Made by a program: the position numbers and the translations under genes. From contig OX597837.1 of NCBI GenBank assembly GCA_951406725.2, forward strand, positions 31,558,001-31,622,000: a stretch of 64,000 nucleotides of DNA, given 5' to 3'. Of the stretch, positions 1-14,722 are shown piece after piece. Numbering within the stretch: the stretch's first letter is position 1; every line of letters begins with the position of its first letter. This stretch comes from Octopus vulgaris. Lineage: Eukaryota. Under the pieces are notes generated by a model, which saw only the letters and a list, made by a program, of their open reading frames with translations, made no database searches and was not told the origin of the DNA.

Positions 1-315
1 TGTATGTTTGTATGTATGTATGTATGCATGCATGCATGTATGTATGTATGCATGCATGCATGTATGTATGTGTGTATGTATGTATGTATGTATGTATGTA
101 TGCATGTATGTATGTATGCATGTATGCATGCATGTATGCATGTATGTATGTATATATGTATGTATGTATGCATGCATGCATGCATGTATGTATCTATGCA
201 TGCATGTATGTATGCATGTATGCATGTATGTATGTATGCATGCATGTATGCATGCATGAATGTATGTATGTATGTATGTATGTATGTATGTATGCATGTA
301 TGTATGTATGTATGT
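1..315. repeat. (TATG)n/(CATG)n microsatellite
   Basis: Direct reading. Confidence 0.95.
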
Positions 316-632
316 TGAGATAACTCCGACATAAAACCTGCGGCTCAGTGGTTACCGATGATGTTGACTTGTTCTTCCTTTCGGATTATGGCTGCTGTTG
401 CTTAGTGAGTGGGATTGACTCAGCGCACAGCTCACTTTTAAAAAAATCTTCTTGCACAGGCATTGCACGATAACAACATTGTTCATGATTGTTGATGGTG
501 CTGTGAGTCTCAACTGAATGGCTGTCTATAGCCTTAAAAAGCAAATAAAAGTCACATTCGATCACAGCACCAATAACAGTTAAGCTTCGTGCAATGGCCA
601 TACTCGATAACGAGGTGGCAGCCATCATATAT

Positions 633-699
<67 letters not shown>

Positions 700-717
700 A
701 TGTATATGTATATAAAC

Positions 718-782
<65 letters not shown>

Positions 783-1142
783 CCTACCTATCTATCTATC
801 TAAAAAAGAAATATAAAATGTGACTTCATTGACCGAGGTTACCGTGGTCTTTTCCGTAGGCTTTTCTTTCCACGGGTAAACCTCACCTGTCCTCCCCTTT
901 ACACTTCATATTGACATTTCTGTGATAACGATCCCTATTGATCAATTTTTTTCCTCCCCCCTTTTTTTAACCCCCCTTTTTTTGTCCTCTTTCTCTCCTT
1001 TTACGATCCCTTTTGATCGAAACTCCCCCTTCCTTTTTTTTTTTTTTTTTTTTTTCTAACCCTTCAAAAGAAAAGCTCTACCTTGTAATTTGTTCTATCT
1101 GTGTGCAGCCCGGTGTGGCTAATAAAGAAACATATCTATCTA

Positions 1143-1294
<152 letters not shown>

Positions 1295-1410
1295 AAGCCC
1301 TTTAAACCGATTACTCACACGTGTGTCCAGTCTATCAACGTCAATGCCACCGGCGGAGTGACTTGATTAACCCTCTTATACGTCACGTCAATCATGGAAA
1401 TTAACACACA

Positions 1411-1472
<62 letters not shown>

Positions 1473-1517
1473 TGTATATAGACACATATATAAATACATC
1501 TCTCTTAATTCTCTCTC

Positions 1518-1559
<42 letters not shown>

Positions 1560-1746
1560 CACGCATAAATATCTTAGCCTATCTGTCTGTCTGTCTGTCT
1601 TTCTTTCTCGATCTCTCTTTGTCTCCTCCCCCTCTCTCTCACTTCCTCTCTGTCTCTACTCACCAGACGAACTCATCACACACCAGACTCACCTCCAATT
1701 CTAATTGGTCTGCATATAACGTGTGAAACCATCATAAAGAGTGAGA

Positions 1747-1804
<58 letters not shown>

Positions 1805-2016
1805 GACAAGGAAAGTCAATGGTCGTTTGGTCACTAGACTCTATGAGATGACCCCTGTCCACTTACTCACAGAACACTCTGCTGTCAAAAGCTACTTTAT
1901 TTTACAGAGATGTTTCCGGTTTTTATGGAATACTAATGAATACCTCTCACGTCAGCATTTCTATGACTTGGCATTTAAAAATTTCTCTCCATTACATGAT
2001 AATATGCATGATAGCA

Positions 2017-2052
<36 letters not shown>

Positions 2053-2083
2053 ACTGTGTGTGTGTGTGTGCGTACACAGATAG

Positions 2084-2122
<39 letters not shown>

Positions 2123-2181
2123 CATACATACACATATATATATATACACACACATATATATACATATATATACATATATAC

Positions 2182-2218
<37 letters not shown>

Positions 2219-2239
2219 CATACACACAGACACACACAG

Positions 2240-2284
<45 letters not shown>

Positions 2285-2716
2285 CACACAATATATATAT
2301 ATAATTATATATTATATATGAATATATATTATATATGGATATGTATTATATATAAATATATATCATATATGAATATGAATACTGTATGTGAATGTATATT
2401 ATATATGTATGGCGCCATACTGGCCATACACTTTTCTTCGGTGGTGCTCCAGCATGACCACAACCGCATGGCTGAAACGGGTAAAAGAATATAGAATACG
2501 TGCACACGTATACACACACACACATGGAGTATATGCACACCCCTGACTGAGTGCGCCTACAAAGACACTTGTAAAGTGTAATGAGGTGAACACAAACGCG
2601 TGCAAAACTGTTTTGAAAATTGAATTCACCACATTAAAATACGAAAACACATCCTTGCTTCAGAGCAAATAATAAAAAAAAAGAAAAGAAGAAAAAAAAA
2701 AGCTATTTGTAAACTA

Positions 2717-3133
2717 GGCGCAGGAGTGGCTGTGTGGTAAGTAGCTTGCTAACAAACCACATGGTTCCGGGTTCAGTCCCACTGCGTGGCACCTTGGGCA
2801 AGTGTCTTCTACTATAGCCTCGGGTCGACCAATGCCTTGTGAGTGGATTTGGTAGACGGAAACTGAAAGAAGCCTGTCGTATATATGTATATACATATAT
2901 ATGTATGTATGTGTGTGTTTGTGTGTCTGTGTTTGTCCCCCTAGCATTGCTTGACAACCGATGTTGGTGTGTTTACGTCCCCGTCACTTAGCGGCTCGGC
3001 AAAAGAGAGACCGATAGAATAAGTACTGGGCTTACAAAAGAATAAGTCCCGGGGTCGAGTTGTTCGATTAAAGGCGGTGCTCCAGCATGGCCGCAGTCAA
3101 ATGACTGAAACAAGTAAAAGAGTAAAAGAGAGT
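2717..3133 (+). mobile_element. tRNA-headed SINE family A (internal TA/TG microsatellite, AAAAGAGT tail)
   Basis: Head GGCGCAGGAGTGGCTGTGTGGTAAG with B-box-like GGTTCAGTCCC; many near-identical copies in the window. Confidence 0.85.
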
Positions 3134-3366
3134 AGTGTAATTATTGTCGTAGTCACCAATGGAGGAAACAAATAAAGAACGGAGTGGGCGTTTTTTTTAA
3201 AGAAAAGAAAAACCTGCATTTCCCATGCAGAATTTAAGTGGATGTGCTTGTTTATCTGAGTGCACAATGTTCTTAATGGTTAGCGGTGGTTCTACCTCGG
3301 TCACAAACAGACAGACATATGTGTGTATTGTGCGCGTGTGTGAGTGTATACATAATACATACATAC

Positions 3367-3421
<55 letters not shown>

Positions 3422-3464
3422 GTCTGTCTGTCTGTCTGTCTGCCTGCCTGCCTGCCTGCCTGCC

Positions 3465-3643
<179 letters not shown>

Positions 3644-4155
3644 ACACACACACACACACATTCATATGTAACTGGTACTCCGTCGGTTACGACGACGAGT
3701 GTTCTAGTTGGTACGATCAACGGAACAGCTTGCTCGTGAAATTAACGGGCAAGTGGCTGAGCGCTCCGCAGCGCGTATCCCTAACATACTTCCCAGCAGG
3801 GTTCAGCATGATAAAGGCACAGTCCGATTTTGTCCGCTAAATGTATTGGATCATCGTGAAATAAGTGTCTTGTACCACGACACAGCATGCCACTGGGAAT
3901 CGAACGCACGACCTTACGATCGTGAGCCTAACACCCTAACCACCAAGCACATGCACAGAAACATATATGCATGCACACACACATATCTAACAGAATGCAT
4001 GATTTTAATCAACAATATTATTGTCCTGTCCTTGTATAAGGAATTAGTTGACAATTGAAAAATGTTCAGGTTCCCGTTATTAAATGTGCTTCTGTGTTTG
4101 TGTGTATGTGTGTGTGTGTGTGTTTGTGTGTTTGTGTGTGTTTGTGTGTGTTTGT

Positions 4156-4196
<41 letters not shown>

Positions 4197-4311
4197 TGTG
4201 TGGTATTTTCTCTCTAACGTCAAAGCGCACGAACATCTTTTTTTAAGAATAATCAAAACCGTTTTAAATATGTAATGATGCTTCATCAGATCGCCATATC
4301 TCCCTCAAATG

Positions 4312-4365
<54 letters not shown>

Positions 4366-5092
4366 CCTTAAATCCTTAAAAATGTTTTAGCCCGAAGGCC
4401 GCGGCCATGCTGGGGCACCACCAACATTTTCTCAGATGCAGCACGAAGCTTTGTCAGGGTCGCGGTCTCGAGGCGACAAAAATATTTTGACAAATTAAAT
4501 TTAAATGTTGAAGTGAATCTAACGGTTTTGTCTGTTTCTTTAAATGGCTTATAAAACACTTTCCACGCTGCAATTGTTTTCGTTCCAGCATACGATCTCA
4601 GATCAAGTCACTCGCTATGCAAGTACATCTCCGTAATATATATATTGTCTTGACCATTTCCTTGTTAGACATTTCTGTACATTTTTTTTGCAGTACCAAG
4701 TTTTCTAAGTCTTCAAGCTGGAAGTCTAAGCTTGAAAAAAGGCTGAATTTAGATCTTTCATCAACGAAAGACTGCAACTGACAGATAAAACAAACAATAT
4801 GTGTTTTTGAGATTCTGAAATACTAACTCAAATATGGTGTTTGGTTTAAATGTCCATGCCACAGCTTGATATAATGCTGCCAAAAAAGCATTTGTTTCGT
4901 TTGCTTCCTGGAATCCTAATTTAAGTTGCCTCTTATCAGACGTTGCAAATTGGTTTAAGCGTTAGCGCTTTCATCGAGATGATAAGGAAAAATTATCCAG
5001 TAATGAACGATGTAAAGATATGCTGTGGAAAAATGTATTGGTTAAAGTATGAACCGTTTGTTGATTTAAGAGAAATGCGTCTTTTATCTTCT

Positions 5093-5685
5093 ACTAGCAG
5101 CATAGCCCAGCGTTGCCCGGGTATGTAAGAACCCCTAGTAGGTAACGACTTGCGGCTGCAGCTGCGATTAGCAGAAGTATGCTAAGGTTATGTTGTCTGG
5201 TCATGTTTTCTCTCGTTGACTGCTTGAAGTGGCGGAATTTATAAATTTTTTTCAGAACTGGGGGAAGCTAGTAAGAGCCCCTAGTAGGCAACGACTAATC
5301 CCAATCTAGTCCTTTCCCTCTAGGGAACGAAGGCGCATGTGTAGGTTGCAATGTCTTCTCTTCACTCGAATATTTCTGTGTATACGATGTTCTTAGCTGT
5401 CCCTTTGGGCGATAAAAAGGTCGAGTTGTGTCCCCTAGACAGAAAATGTGTTGCATATAAAAAGCTTAGATTCTCGACCCCATGTCGAATTTATCGATTG
5501 TTTTCAGAACTGGGGAACTTTTCAAAATTTTCACTGCGTTAGTTTTGAATTATGACATTGGGCTATGTGTGTGTCAAGTTTCATCAGAATCGGTTGAAAG
5601 CCGTGGTCAGGGTGAGGGTACAACCTGACAGACACACAGACACACAGACACACAGACAGACAACCTGCCTTTTATATATAGAGAA
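5093..5685 (+). mobile_element. Non-autonomous Helitron/Helentron-like element
   Basis: 5' ACTAG...CCCAGCGTTGCCCGGG; subterminal AAGTTTCATCAGAATCGG, (CAGACA)n microsatellite and TTTATATATAGA end, a layout typical of such elements. Confidence 0.55.
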
Positions 5686-5784
5686 GATTTATTTCAGTCA
5701 TTGGATTATGGTTATGCTGTGGGAGAAGAATACTGCAAAAAGAAAATAAAGAAGGTTCGGTAATGATGATTTCAAGTTGAGTTC

Positions 5785-5945
5785 CTAACTTTCGAATTTG
5801 CAAAAAACCAACGATTTAAGGCTCGACCCGACTACATTCGAAACCGTCAGCTTTGAGACGATACATTCCTCCCTGTTGCTGCCAAGTGTAGAGGAAAGTA
5901 AGATGCTGCCTTGTTCTGCTTTGAAGAATTTCTCTCGGTGGACCT

Positions 5946-6013
<68 letters not shown>

Positions 6014-6253
6014 TGACTGCAATAACTATAGGAAAAACAACACCAGTTACACCATGACAAGAGCTAGAAGAATAATTACAGGAAATTCAGCAACAACAAC
6101 AACAACACCAACAATATTAGCAAAAACAACTTACCTCAGGGAAGCGTTTAAAGGTGCGTAGACCGAATCCAAAGCTTTTCATTGTTCCAAATGAGGGCTA
6201 ATAAATAAACAAATACATAAACAAATAAATAAACAAATAAATAAATATACAAG

Positions 6254-6327
<74 letters not shown>

Positions 6328-6429
6328 AACAAAATACAAGGGTAAAGCAAAACGAAAGGGACAAATTTTAATAAAGTTGTTATTACTATAACGCTTGAAA
6401 GGGAGAGAAAAAGTATAAACGTATAAATG

Positions 6430-6468
<39 letters not shown>

Positions 6469-8724
6469 TATCTTTAAGAATATTAGGATCTTTTCGGTTT
6501 GAACGGCAGTTTTTAACATAATTTCTTGGTAACTACAAAATTTTAAACTTCGTATACTGGTAGAATGTGTTTATAAAACATCTTCTTCTCTTGGCTTTAT
6601 TGAGAAAATTCTATAGTTTGTAAGATATTTGTTGTTTTTTTCTTCAATTTCTGCAATTTCAACCAATCACTGACGTCTATTGAGTTAAAAAACATTCTGT
6701 GCCGTATGAATATGTCCCTCGTTTAAGAAACAGATTGAGTTTATTCACATTTGTGAAGAAAAAAAGATACCCTTCCCCTCACCCCTAACACTAACCCTTA
6801 CTAACCCTAACCCTAAAACAGATTGAAATGCAATAGATCGATACTAGGGTCATAATTATGGGTGACAATTTCATATGACACCGCTAGAAAAAACTGCCGT
6901 TCAAAGATTCGAATATTATTGACAGCGACTTCGAAGTTTCGGCTAGGTAAGCCATCGATAGAAAATGTTCCAACTATCTGAAAACTTTGGAGTCATTGGT
7001 CAGTAATATGAATATTCTTGTTTAAGAATAATAAATTTTGCACTCTTCAAAAGTACAGAGTAACAACCAATCAGATTAATGTAAATAAAATGTGTTTTTA
7101 TTGTAACTGAACGGAATAACCCCCCCCCACACACACACACATACATATGGTAGCGAGAGAGGGAGAGGGAGAGAAAAAGATGGAGAGAGTTATGTGATCA
7201 CAAAATCAACTTGAAAAGATCATATATATTTGTAAGGCGGCGAGCTGGCAGAAACGTTAGCACGTCGGACGAAATGCTTAGCCGTATTTCGTAGCCGTAT
7301 TTCGTTTGCCGTTTCGTTCTGAGTTCAAATTCCGCCCAGGTCGACTTTGCCTTTCATCCTTTCGGGGGTCGATAGATTAAGTACCAGTTACGCACTGGGG
7401 TCGATGTAATCGACTTAATCCCTTTGTCTGTCCTTGTTTGTCCCCTCTGTGTTTAGCCCCTTGTGGGCAATAAAGAAATATATATTTGTAAGGCGGCGAG
7501 CTGGCAGAAACGTTAGCACGTCGGACGAAATGCTTAGCCGTATTTCGTAGCCGTATTTCGTCTGCCGTTTCGTTCTGAGTTCAAATTCCGTCCAGGTCGA
7601 CTTTGCCTTTCATCCTTTCGGGGATCGATAGATTAAGTACCAGTTACGCACTGGGGGTCGATGTAATCGACTTAATCCGTTTGTCTGTCCTTGTTTGTCC
7701 CCTCTGTGTTTTTAGCACCTTGTGGGTAGTAAAGAAATATATATTTGTATTTACATACTTACACACACGCACGCGTACGAATTCAAACACACACACAAAC
7801 ACACATTGATTTCCTAATTCGACACAAAGACAAACATTGGTAAGAGTGTGAGAGTGACATAATCGATAATATCGAATTCAATATCTGAGTGATACGTATC
7901 GTATTTAAACACGGAGCGGCGAGAAAGTAAAGCTGACCTCAGCAGAATTTGAAATTAGTAAAATAACAATTAAAAAGAAGGAAAGGATCTTTTCGGTTTG
8001 AACGGCAGTTTTTAACATAATTTCTAGGTAACTAAAAAATTTTAAACTTCGTATACTGGTAGAATGTGTTTATAAAACATCTTTTTCTCTTGGCTTTATT
8101 GAGAAAATTCTATAGTTTGTAAGATATTTGTTGTTTTTTTCTTCAATTTCTGCAATTTCAACCAATCAATGACGTCTATTGAGGTGAAAAGATTCTGTGC
8201 CGTATGAATATGTACCTCGTTTAAGAAACAGATTGGGTTTATTTACATTTCTAAAGAAAAAAAAAATAGACTTCCCCCCACCCCTAATCCTAACCCTAAC
8301 CCTAACTAACCCTAACCCTAAAACAGATTGAAATGCAATAGATCGATACTAGGGTCATAATTATGGGTGACAATTTCATATATCACCACTAGAAAAAAAC
8401 TGCCGTTCAAACCGAAAAGATCCAAAGAAAAAATAACTGGCAAAAGATTTTTTTGTCCGTCAACAGCATCAATTTTGACCACCCGGAGCTCACATCGTAA
8501 CATGTGAAGATTTTCACCACATGAAATACTTGCTGGACTGAAGTAGGAATAACAAAGAAACGATTTTGTTTTTAACATCACAAAATTCACACATGGCGTT
8601 CGAAACTACGCTATTTCACAAATAGATTTAGTACTATTGGTGGTGTTTTCATCTCACGAAATCCTTACCCTTGGCCAACCATAACCTGCATTATGTACAT
8701 GTAGTTTAGCCATTGTTTGGTGGT
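5785..8724 (-). CDS. Tentative three-exon 3' part of an unidentified minus-strand gene: join(8724..8669,6197..6135,5943..5785)
   Basis: Donors AGG|GTAAGG and GAG|GTAAGT with T-rich acceptors. One frame is open through all three exons: HQTMAKLHVHNAGYGWPR-PSFGTMKSFGFGLRTFKRFPE-VHREKFFKAEQGSILLSSTLGSNREECIVSKLTVSNVVGSSLKSLVFCKFES*. No family recognised. Confidence 0.3.
6486..6910 (+). mobile_element. Second copy of the same MITE (right TIR partly deleted)
   Basis: Highly similar to 7985-8423 by eye; CCCTAA-like repeats at ~6783-6816. Confidence 0.82.
7235..7740 (+). mobile_element. Two tandem copies of tRNA-headed SINE family B
   Basis: GGCGGCGAGCTGGCAGAAACGTTAGC...GAGTTCAAATTCC head; central GCCTTTCATCCTTTCGGGGTCGAT..AAGTACCAG resembles the Deu/Nin SINE domain; ~255-bp unit repeated twice. 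Confidence 0.85.
7985..8423 (+). mobile_element. 439-bp MITE with 29-bp TIRs and internal telomere-like (CCCTAA)n
   Basis: GGATCTTTTCGGTTTGAACGGCAGTTTTT ... AAAAACTGCCGTTCAAACCGAAAAGATCC; AAA on both flanks; CCCTAA repeats at ~8282-8321. Confidence 0.85.
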
Positions 8725-8858
8725 CTATTGAATAAAATATATTAATGCTATCTTACCTTTTAATATAATCAGCTTGATAGTTTAAAATTGGGGGAAAAAA
8801 TAAAGTGTCGTAGAGTTGCTTAGCAACATTTATAGAACAATATGTTTACACGATTTGC

Positions 8859-8928
<70 letters not shown>

Positions 8929-8941
8929 GTCTATCTGTCTA

Positions 8942-9028
<87 letters not shown>

Positions 9029-9090
9029 GTCTATTCATCTATCTATCTTCACACACACATACATATATGCATGTATATATATATATATGC

Positions 9091-9148
<58 letters not shown>

Positions 9149-9166
9149 CTGTGTGTGTATGCATTT

Positions 9167-9220
<54 letters not shown>

Positions 9221-9310
9221 CATATGCATGCACGCGCATATGTAACTAGCTATATGTACGTATATGTGTGTGCGAACGTATACGTGTCTTCGTTTGTTTG
9301 TTTGTTTGTT

Positions 9311-9365
<55 letters not shown>

Positions 9366-10599
9366 GTGCGTGTGTGTCTGTGTGCTTTTGCGCGCGCACG
9401 AGTTTAAAGCGTACAATCTCCCACGTAGTCGCTGTTTAGAAACTCAGAGAGACGCGTTGAAGAGACGCACACGCTCACCTCGAGGTTCTTTTCTAAAAAG
9501 AATCGTCGACCAGCTACTCACTTCATATCATAGTCAACTTTTCTTAAAAAACCGTATAAATGTAGTTAATTAGAAATACATATGTATTGAGGAAACTACA
9601 GTATTATCTCAATCACTAATATTATTGTAATGATTTCACCAAGCAGATATGGGAGACAACTGTACTCATGTTTTGATCTATTTTTTAACTAAATCTCTTC
9701 AGCGGAGTAATGACTTTGTATTTACACAAGTGGAGATGAGAGAATTTACCAAATAGATGCATCAGATTAATGTACATCATCGTAAATTCATCTAGAAATC
9801 TTTCAATTCATTAAATTTTTTTTTACATGTATAATGATTATGGTATTGAGCTCACAAACATAACGTCGTGGTTTCAAATCTGAGACTGGGTAGTGCGTAG
9901 TATCTTTGAGCAAGTTATTTCATTTCACATTGCCCCCGTCTCATTCTAATTTTATTAAGGCATACGTTATATATTTCCTAAAAAGGTTCAGAAATGGCGG
10001 TGAAAGATAGAGAATACAGACGACCGGAAGTTTCGCAGAATTCTGTCTGTTACGTCACTTCCGCTCTAGTTCACGCTTAATGAGAGTCGAAATATCTCAC
10101 AGTAGTTGATAAAATAAGTAACACTAACATAGTAGGATCAATTCTAGCGATGGTTGGAAGCTTTATTTGTCGCTTTTTAAACTCCAGGTCAACTTGCAGC
10201 CTACAGCCTTAAGATTGTCCCAAACATTCTAACAGTGAATCCAGAGGGATTACATGATAGCATTGCTTTGTCCACTGCATTCTTCCCTTTTCAAACTGAT
10301 CGATAAGACCTACGATCACTGGCGATCTACCTGTGACCTTCACATTTAAAAAAAAAATTCATATCTGAGGCTATAAAAGGAAATAAAAAATGAAAACAAA
10401 AAAACCGACTCAAAGTTGCATTATCAACAGAAAATCCTCCTCAAATTCAATAAACAAAGATCTCCCCAATATAAGGAACAACAGAAACCAAATTAGTAAT
10501 TACCGTAGACCCTCAAAATGATATCTGATCCCAAGGTAAAACATAACCTACAAACCCAGTTAACATCACCAAAATATATAACACCACCCCAATATTTCA

Positions 10600-11015
10600 A
10601 GTACTCTTTACTCTTTTACTTGTTTCAGTCATTTGACTGCGACCATGCTGGAGCACTGGCTTTTAATCGAGCAACTCGACCCCTGGACTTATTCTTTTGT
10701 AAGCCCAGTACTTATTCTATCGGTCTCTTTTGCCGAACCGCTAAGTAACGGAGACATAAACACACCAGCATCGGTTGTCAAGCAATGCTAGGGGGACAAA
10801 CACAGACACACAAACACACACACGCATATATATATTTATATACATATATACGACGGGCTTCTTTCAGTTTCCGTCTACCAAATCCAATCACAAGGCTTTG
10901 GTCGGCCCGAGGCTATAGTAGAAGACACTTGCCCAAGGTGCCACGCAGTGGGACTGAACCCGGGACCATGTGATTGGTAAACAAGCTACTTACCACACAG
11001 CCACTCCTGCGCCTA
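10600..11015 (-). mobile_element. SINE family A
   Basis: Reverse complement of the 2717 element. Confidence 0.85.
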
Positions 11016-11376
11016 TAAATATTTCTATATAAACCATAATACAAACCACGACCAATATTTTTATATTTCGATGTATTCATTTATATGAAGACGACTGTTG
11101 GATTTGAGGGAGATTTGACTGTTGCTTCCTTCAAGTTCGAGCAACTTACGCGCGCACAGTTTCGCTCGGTAGCTTATTCGCTCCTCCCCGGTGGGGCGCG
11201 GCGGCCGACCTTAGATTATTTACGATAGCTCAAGGAGGCGGGTCAATGTGCTGGGATGCTAAAGCCCTTTCGCTGACAGGTGTAGATTGTACGGACGATG
11301 ACCAGCTGGAGGGTTTGGAATGTTGGAGCAAAACACTAATGAGAACATGACAGGGCTGAAGCGTCTGTTTTAGGGT

Positions 11377-11767
11377 ATACATACATACATACATACATAC
11401 ATACATACATACATTCGCACATACATACGTACGTACATACATACATTCATACACACACATACTTACATACTCACATACATACATACATACATACTTACGT
11501 ACATACATACATACATACACACATACGTACATATATATATGCATGGATATAGATACACGTATATACATATATACCCGCGGAGACAAGTACATGCTCACGT
11601 ATAAACATATATATGTGTACATACATATACAATATATACATACATTACATATACATATAGATATAACATACACATTTATACTTATATACATATATACATA
11701 CATACATACATACATATATATATATATATACTTACATATGTTTATATATATATATATACATAGATAC

Positions 11768-11818
<51 letters not shown>

Positions 11819-12210
11819 TACATATATATATACTTACATATGTATATATATATATACTTACATATGTATATATATATATATACATATGTATATATAATAT
11901 AATATACATATATATATATGTATGTATATAAATATATGTATGCGTATGTATGTATGTATGTATGTATGTATGTATGTATGTATGTATGAACGTATGTTTC
12001 CAGAAACAAAGGCAAGCATACGTGTGCGCGCACACAAACACACATGTACACATGTACATACACACACAGAAACACACATACACACGATATTCACACACGT
12101 TCGTATTCTACTTCCGTGTGTTATTTCCAGCTACTGGCCGTGACTGATAAATATACCTGGATATCTACGTTCAGCTTTTATTTTATTCTCTCTTGTGTGT
12201 ACATTCCTGC

Positions 12211-12263
<53 letters not shown>

Positions 12264-12300
12264 TGTTAGTGTGTATGTGTGTGAATGTGTGTCTGTGTGC

Positions 12301-12349
<49 letters not shown>

Positions 12350-12397
12350 TGTGTGCATGCATGTATATAATTAAAGAGAGTGAGATAGCTAGTTGCA

Positions 12398-12481
<84 letters not shown>

Positions 12482-12963
12482 CAGAGAGAGGGAGAGAGAA
12501 AGAGAGAAAGAGAGAAAGAGAGAAAGAAAGAAGGAAAGAAGGAAAGAAAGAAAGAAAAAAGGAAAGAAAGAAGGAAAGAAGGAAGGAAAGAAAGAAAGAA
12601 GGAAGGAAAGAAAGAAGGAAAGAAGGAAAGAAAGAAAGAAAGAAAGAAGGAAGGAAAGAAAGAAGTAAGGAAAGAAAGAAAGAAGAAAAAGAAAGAAAGA
12701 AAGAAGGAAAGAAAGAAAGAAAGAAAGAAGGAAAGAAAGAAAGAAGGAAAGCAAGAAAGAAAGAAAGAAAAAGGGTACCAATGACGAATCAAAAACCTAA
12801 TTGTGTCCTAACCTCGACTCTTTATCTTTCTAACAGATCCGGGAGCTTATCGCTGTTGTTATTTAACCCTAGGCTGCGTGACTCACCTCCCCACCTACCA
12901 TACACCTGATCGTGTCAGTCTGAAAATAAACGTACACGTTCGGTCGAAAGTTTAATTGCGATT

Positions 12964-12997
<34 letters not shown>

Positions 12998-13356
12998 CAC
13001 GCACACACACAGACACACGCATGCATATATGCACACATATATACATACACACACACACATATATATATACCCACACATATATACGTACCCATATATATAT
13101 ACATATACATGTGTAAATATATACATGTATATACATCTATAGACACACGTACATGCATACATACATACATACATACATACATACATACATACATACATAC
13201 ATACATACATACACATACACACACACATACATATATGCAAACATAGATACACACATACATAATACATACATACATACATACATACACACACACATACATA
13301 CATACACATACATACATACATACATACATACATACATACACATACATACATACATA
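11377..13356. repeat. Compound microsatellite field (CATA, TA, GT, GA, GAAA/GGAA) with short unique islands
   Basis: Direct reading. Confidence 0.9.
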
Positions 13357-13850
13357 CTGGCCCAGACATGGCTGTGTGGTTAGGAAGCTTGTCTTGCAGC
13401 CACGTCGTTTCGAGTTCAGTCCCACTCTGCAACACCTTGGGTAAGTGTTATCCACTGTGGGCCGCGGGCCGATCAATATCTTGTGAGTGAATTTGTTTGG
13501 CGGAAACTGCGTGGAAGCTCGTCGTACACAGACACACACACACGCGCGCGCGCACACACACACACACAGACGCACACACACACACACATACACACACACA
13601 CATGTATATATGTACGCACATGTGTGCTGTGGGAGAATATGTGTTTGTTTGTGTCCTACCATCGCTTGAAAACCGATATTCATTTATTTAAGTCCCCGTA
13701 AAATAGCGATTCGGCAATAGAGACCGATAGAAGGGAAAAATAATACAAAACGAAAATCTAAATCCATAGGCTGATTTGTTTGACTAAACCCTTCAAGGCG
13801 GTGCCCCAGCATGACCAGGACCCAATAACTAACAAATAAAAGACAAAATA
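13357..13850 (+). mobile_element. SINE family A, diverged copy
   Basis: Head TGGCTGTGTGGTTAGGAAGCTTG...GAGTTCAGTCCC and tail GGCGGTGCCCCAGCATG. Confidence 0.7.
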
Positions 13851-14309
13851 TATTTCCTATTTGTTTTCTTTAAAAACACATTACGATTGTATTTGAAAGA
13901 CTTCGGCTATTTTTAGCAGGTCAGGCGTTGCCTACTTACAGAACTTGTTGTTCAAGGCCAATAGTTTCTAAGGCAAGATCCGTTTCTGTTAAATAATGTT
14001 TACTATTGTTGTTGTTGCTGTTGAGCGAAGCGGTCTTCGTCCCAGAGCTCGCAAGATCGCATCTCTGTTGTGGGAGAAGTCCGAAACGTGGTCCTTTGCT
14101 ATTCGTAAGATCCGCAGAAGAGAAAGCAGGTCAACCCCCGACACCGAGAGCATCGACGGATGGATGAATGCGCATCCAGGGCTCAGCGGTTGCGTAGGAA
14201 GTCGGGGACAAGAAACAGGAAGAAAGAGTGAGAGAAAGTTGGAGCGAAAGAGTACAACAGAGGTCGCCACCATCCCCTGCCGGAGCCTCGTGGAACTTTA
14301 GGTGCTTTC

Positions 14310-14722
14310 GCTATTTCTTTACTACCCACACGGGGATAAACATAGAGGGGACAAACAAGGACAGACAAACGGATTAAGTCGATTATATCGACCCCAATGC
14401 TTAACTGGTCTCATTTAATCGACCCCGAAAGGATGAAAGGCAAAGTCGACCTCAGCGGAATTTGAACTCAGAGCGTAACGGCAGACGAAATACCTATTTC
14501 TTTACTACCCACAAGGGGCTAAACACAGAGAGGACCAACAAGGACAGACAAACGGATCGAGTCGATTACATCAACCTCAGTGCGTAACTGGTACTTAATT
14601 TATCGACCCCGAAAGGATGAAAGGCAAAGTCGACCTCAGCGGAATTTGAACTCAGAATGTAGCGGTAGACGAAATACCGCTAAGCATTTCGTCCGGCGTG
14701 CTAACGATTCTGCCAGCTCGCT
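14310..14722 (-). mobile_element. SINE family B, one head with duplicated body
   Basis: Two ~180-bp body units joined at CAGACGAAATACC/TATTTCTTTACTACCC. Confidence 0.8.

Noticed and set aside
316-628. 80-aa minus-strand ORF MMAATSLSS...
   Set aside because: No recognisable motifs, splice context or promoter support.
2703-2957. Recurrent ORFs such as RQASFSFRLPNPLTRHWS and YDRLLSVSVYQIHSQG at several loci, mimicking a gene family
   Set aside because: They are antisense translations of SINE family A copies.
4250-4292. Further hammerhead-like strings (also ~26360, ~30735, ~33285, ~59665)
   Set aside because: Core or stems are too degenerate or truncated to call.
8282-8321. (CCCTAA)n as a chromosome end or fusion scar
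   Set aside because: The tract is short and lies inside a TIR element present twice.
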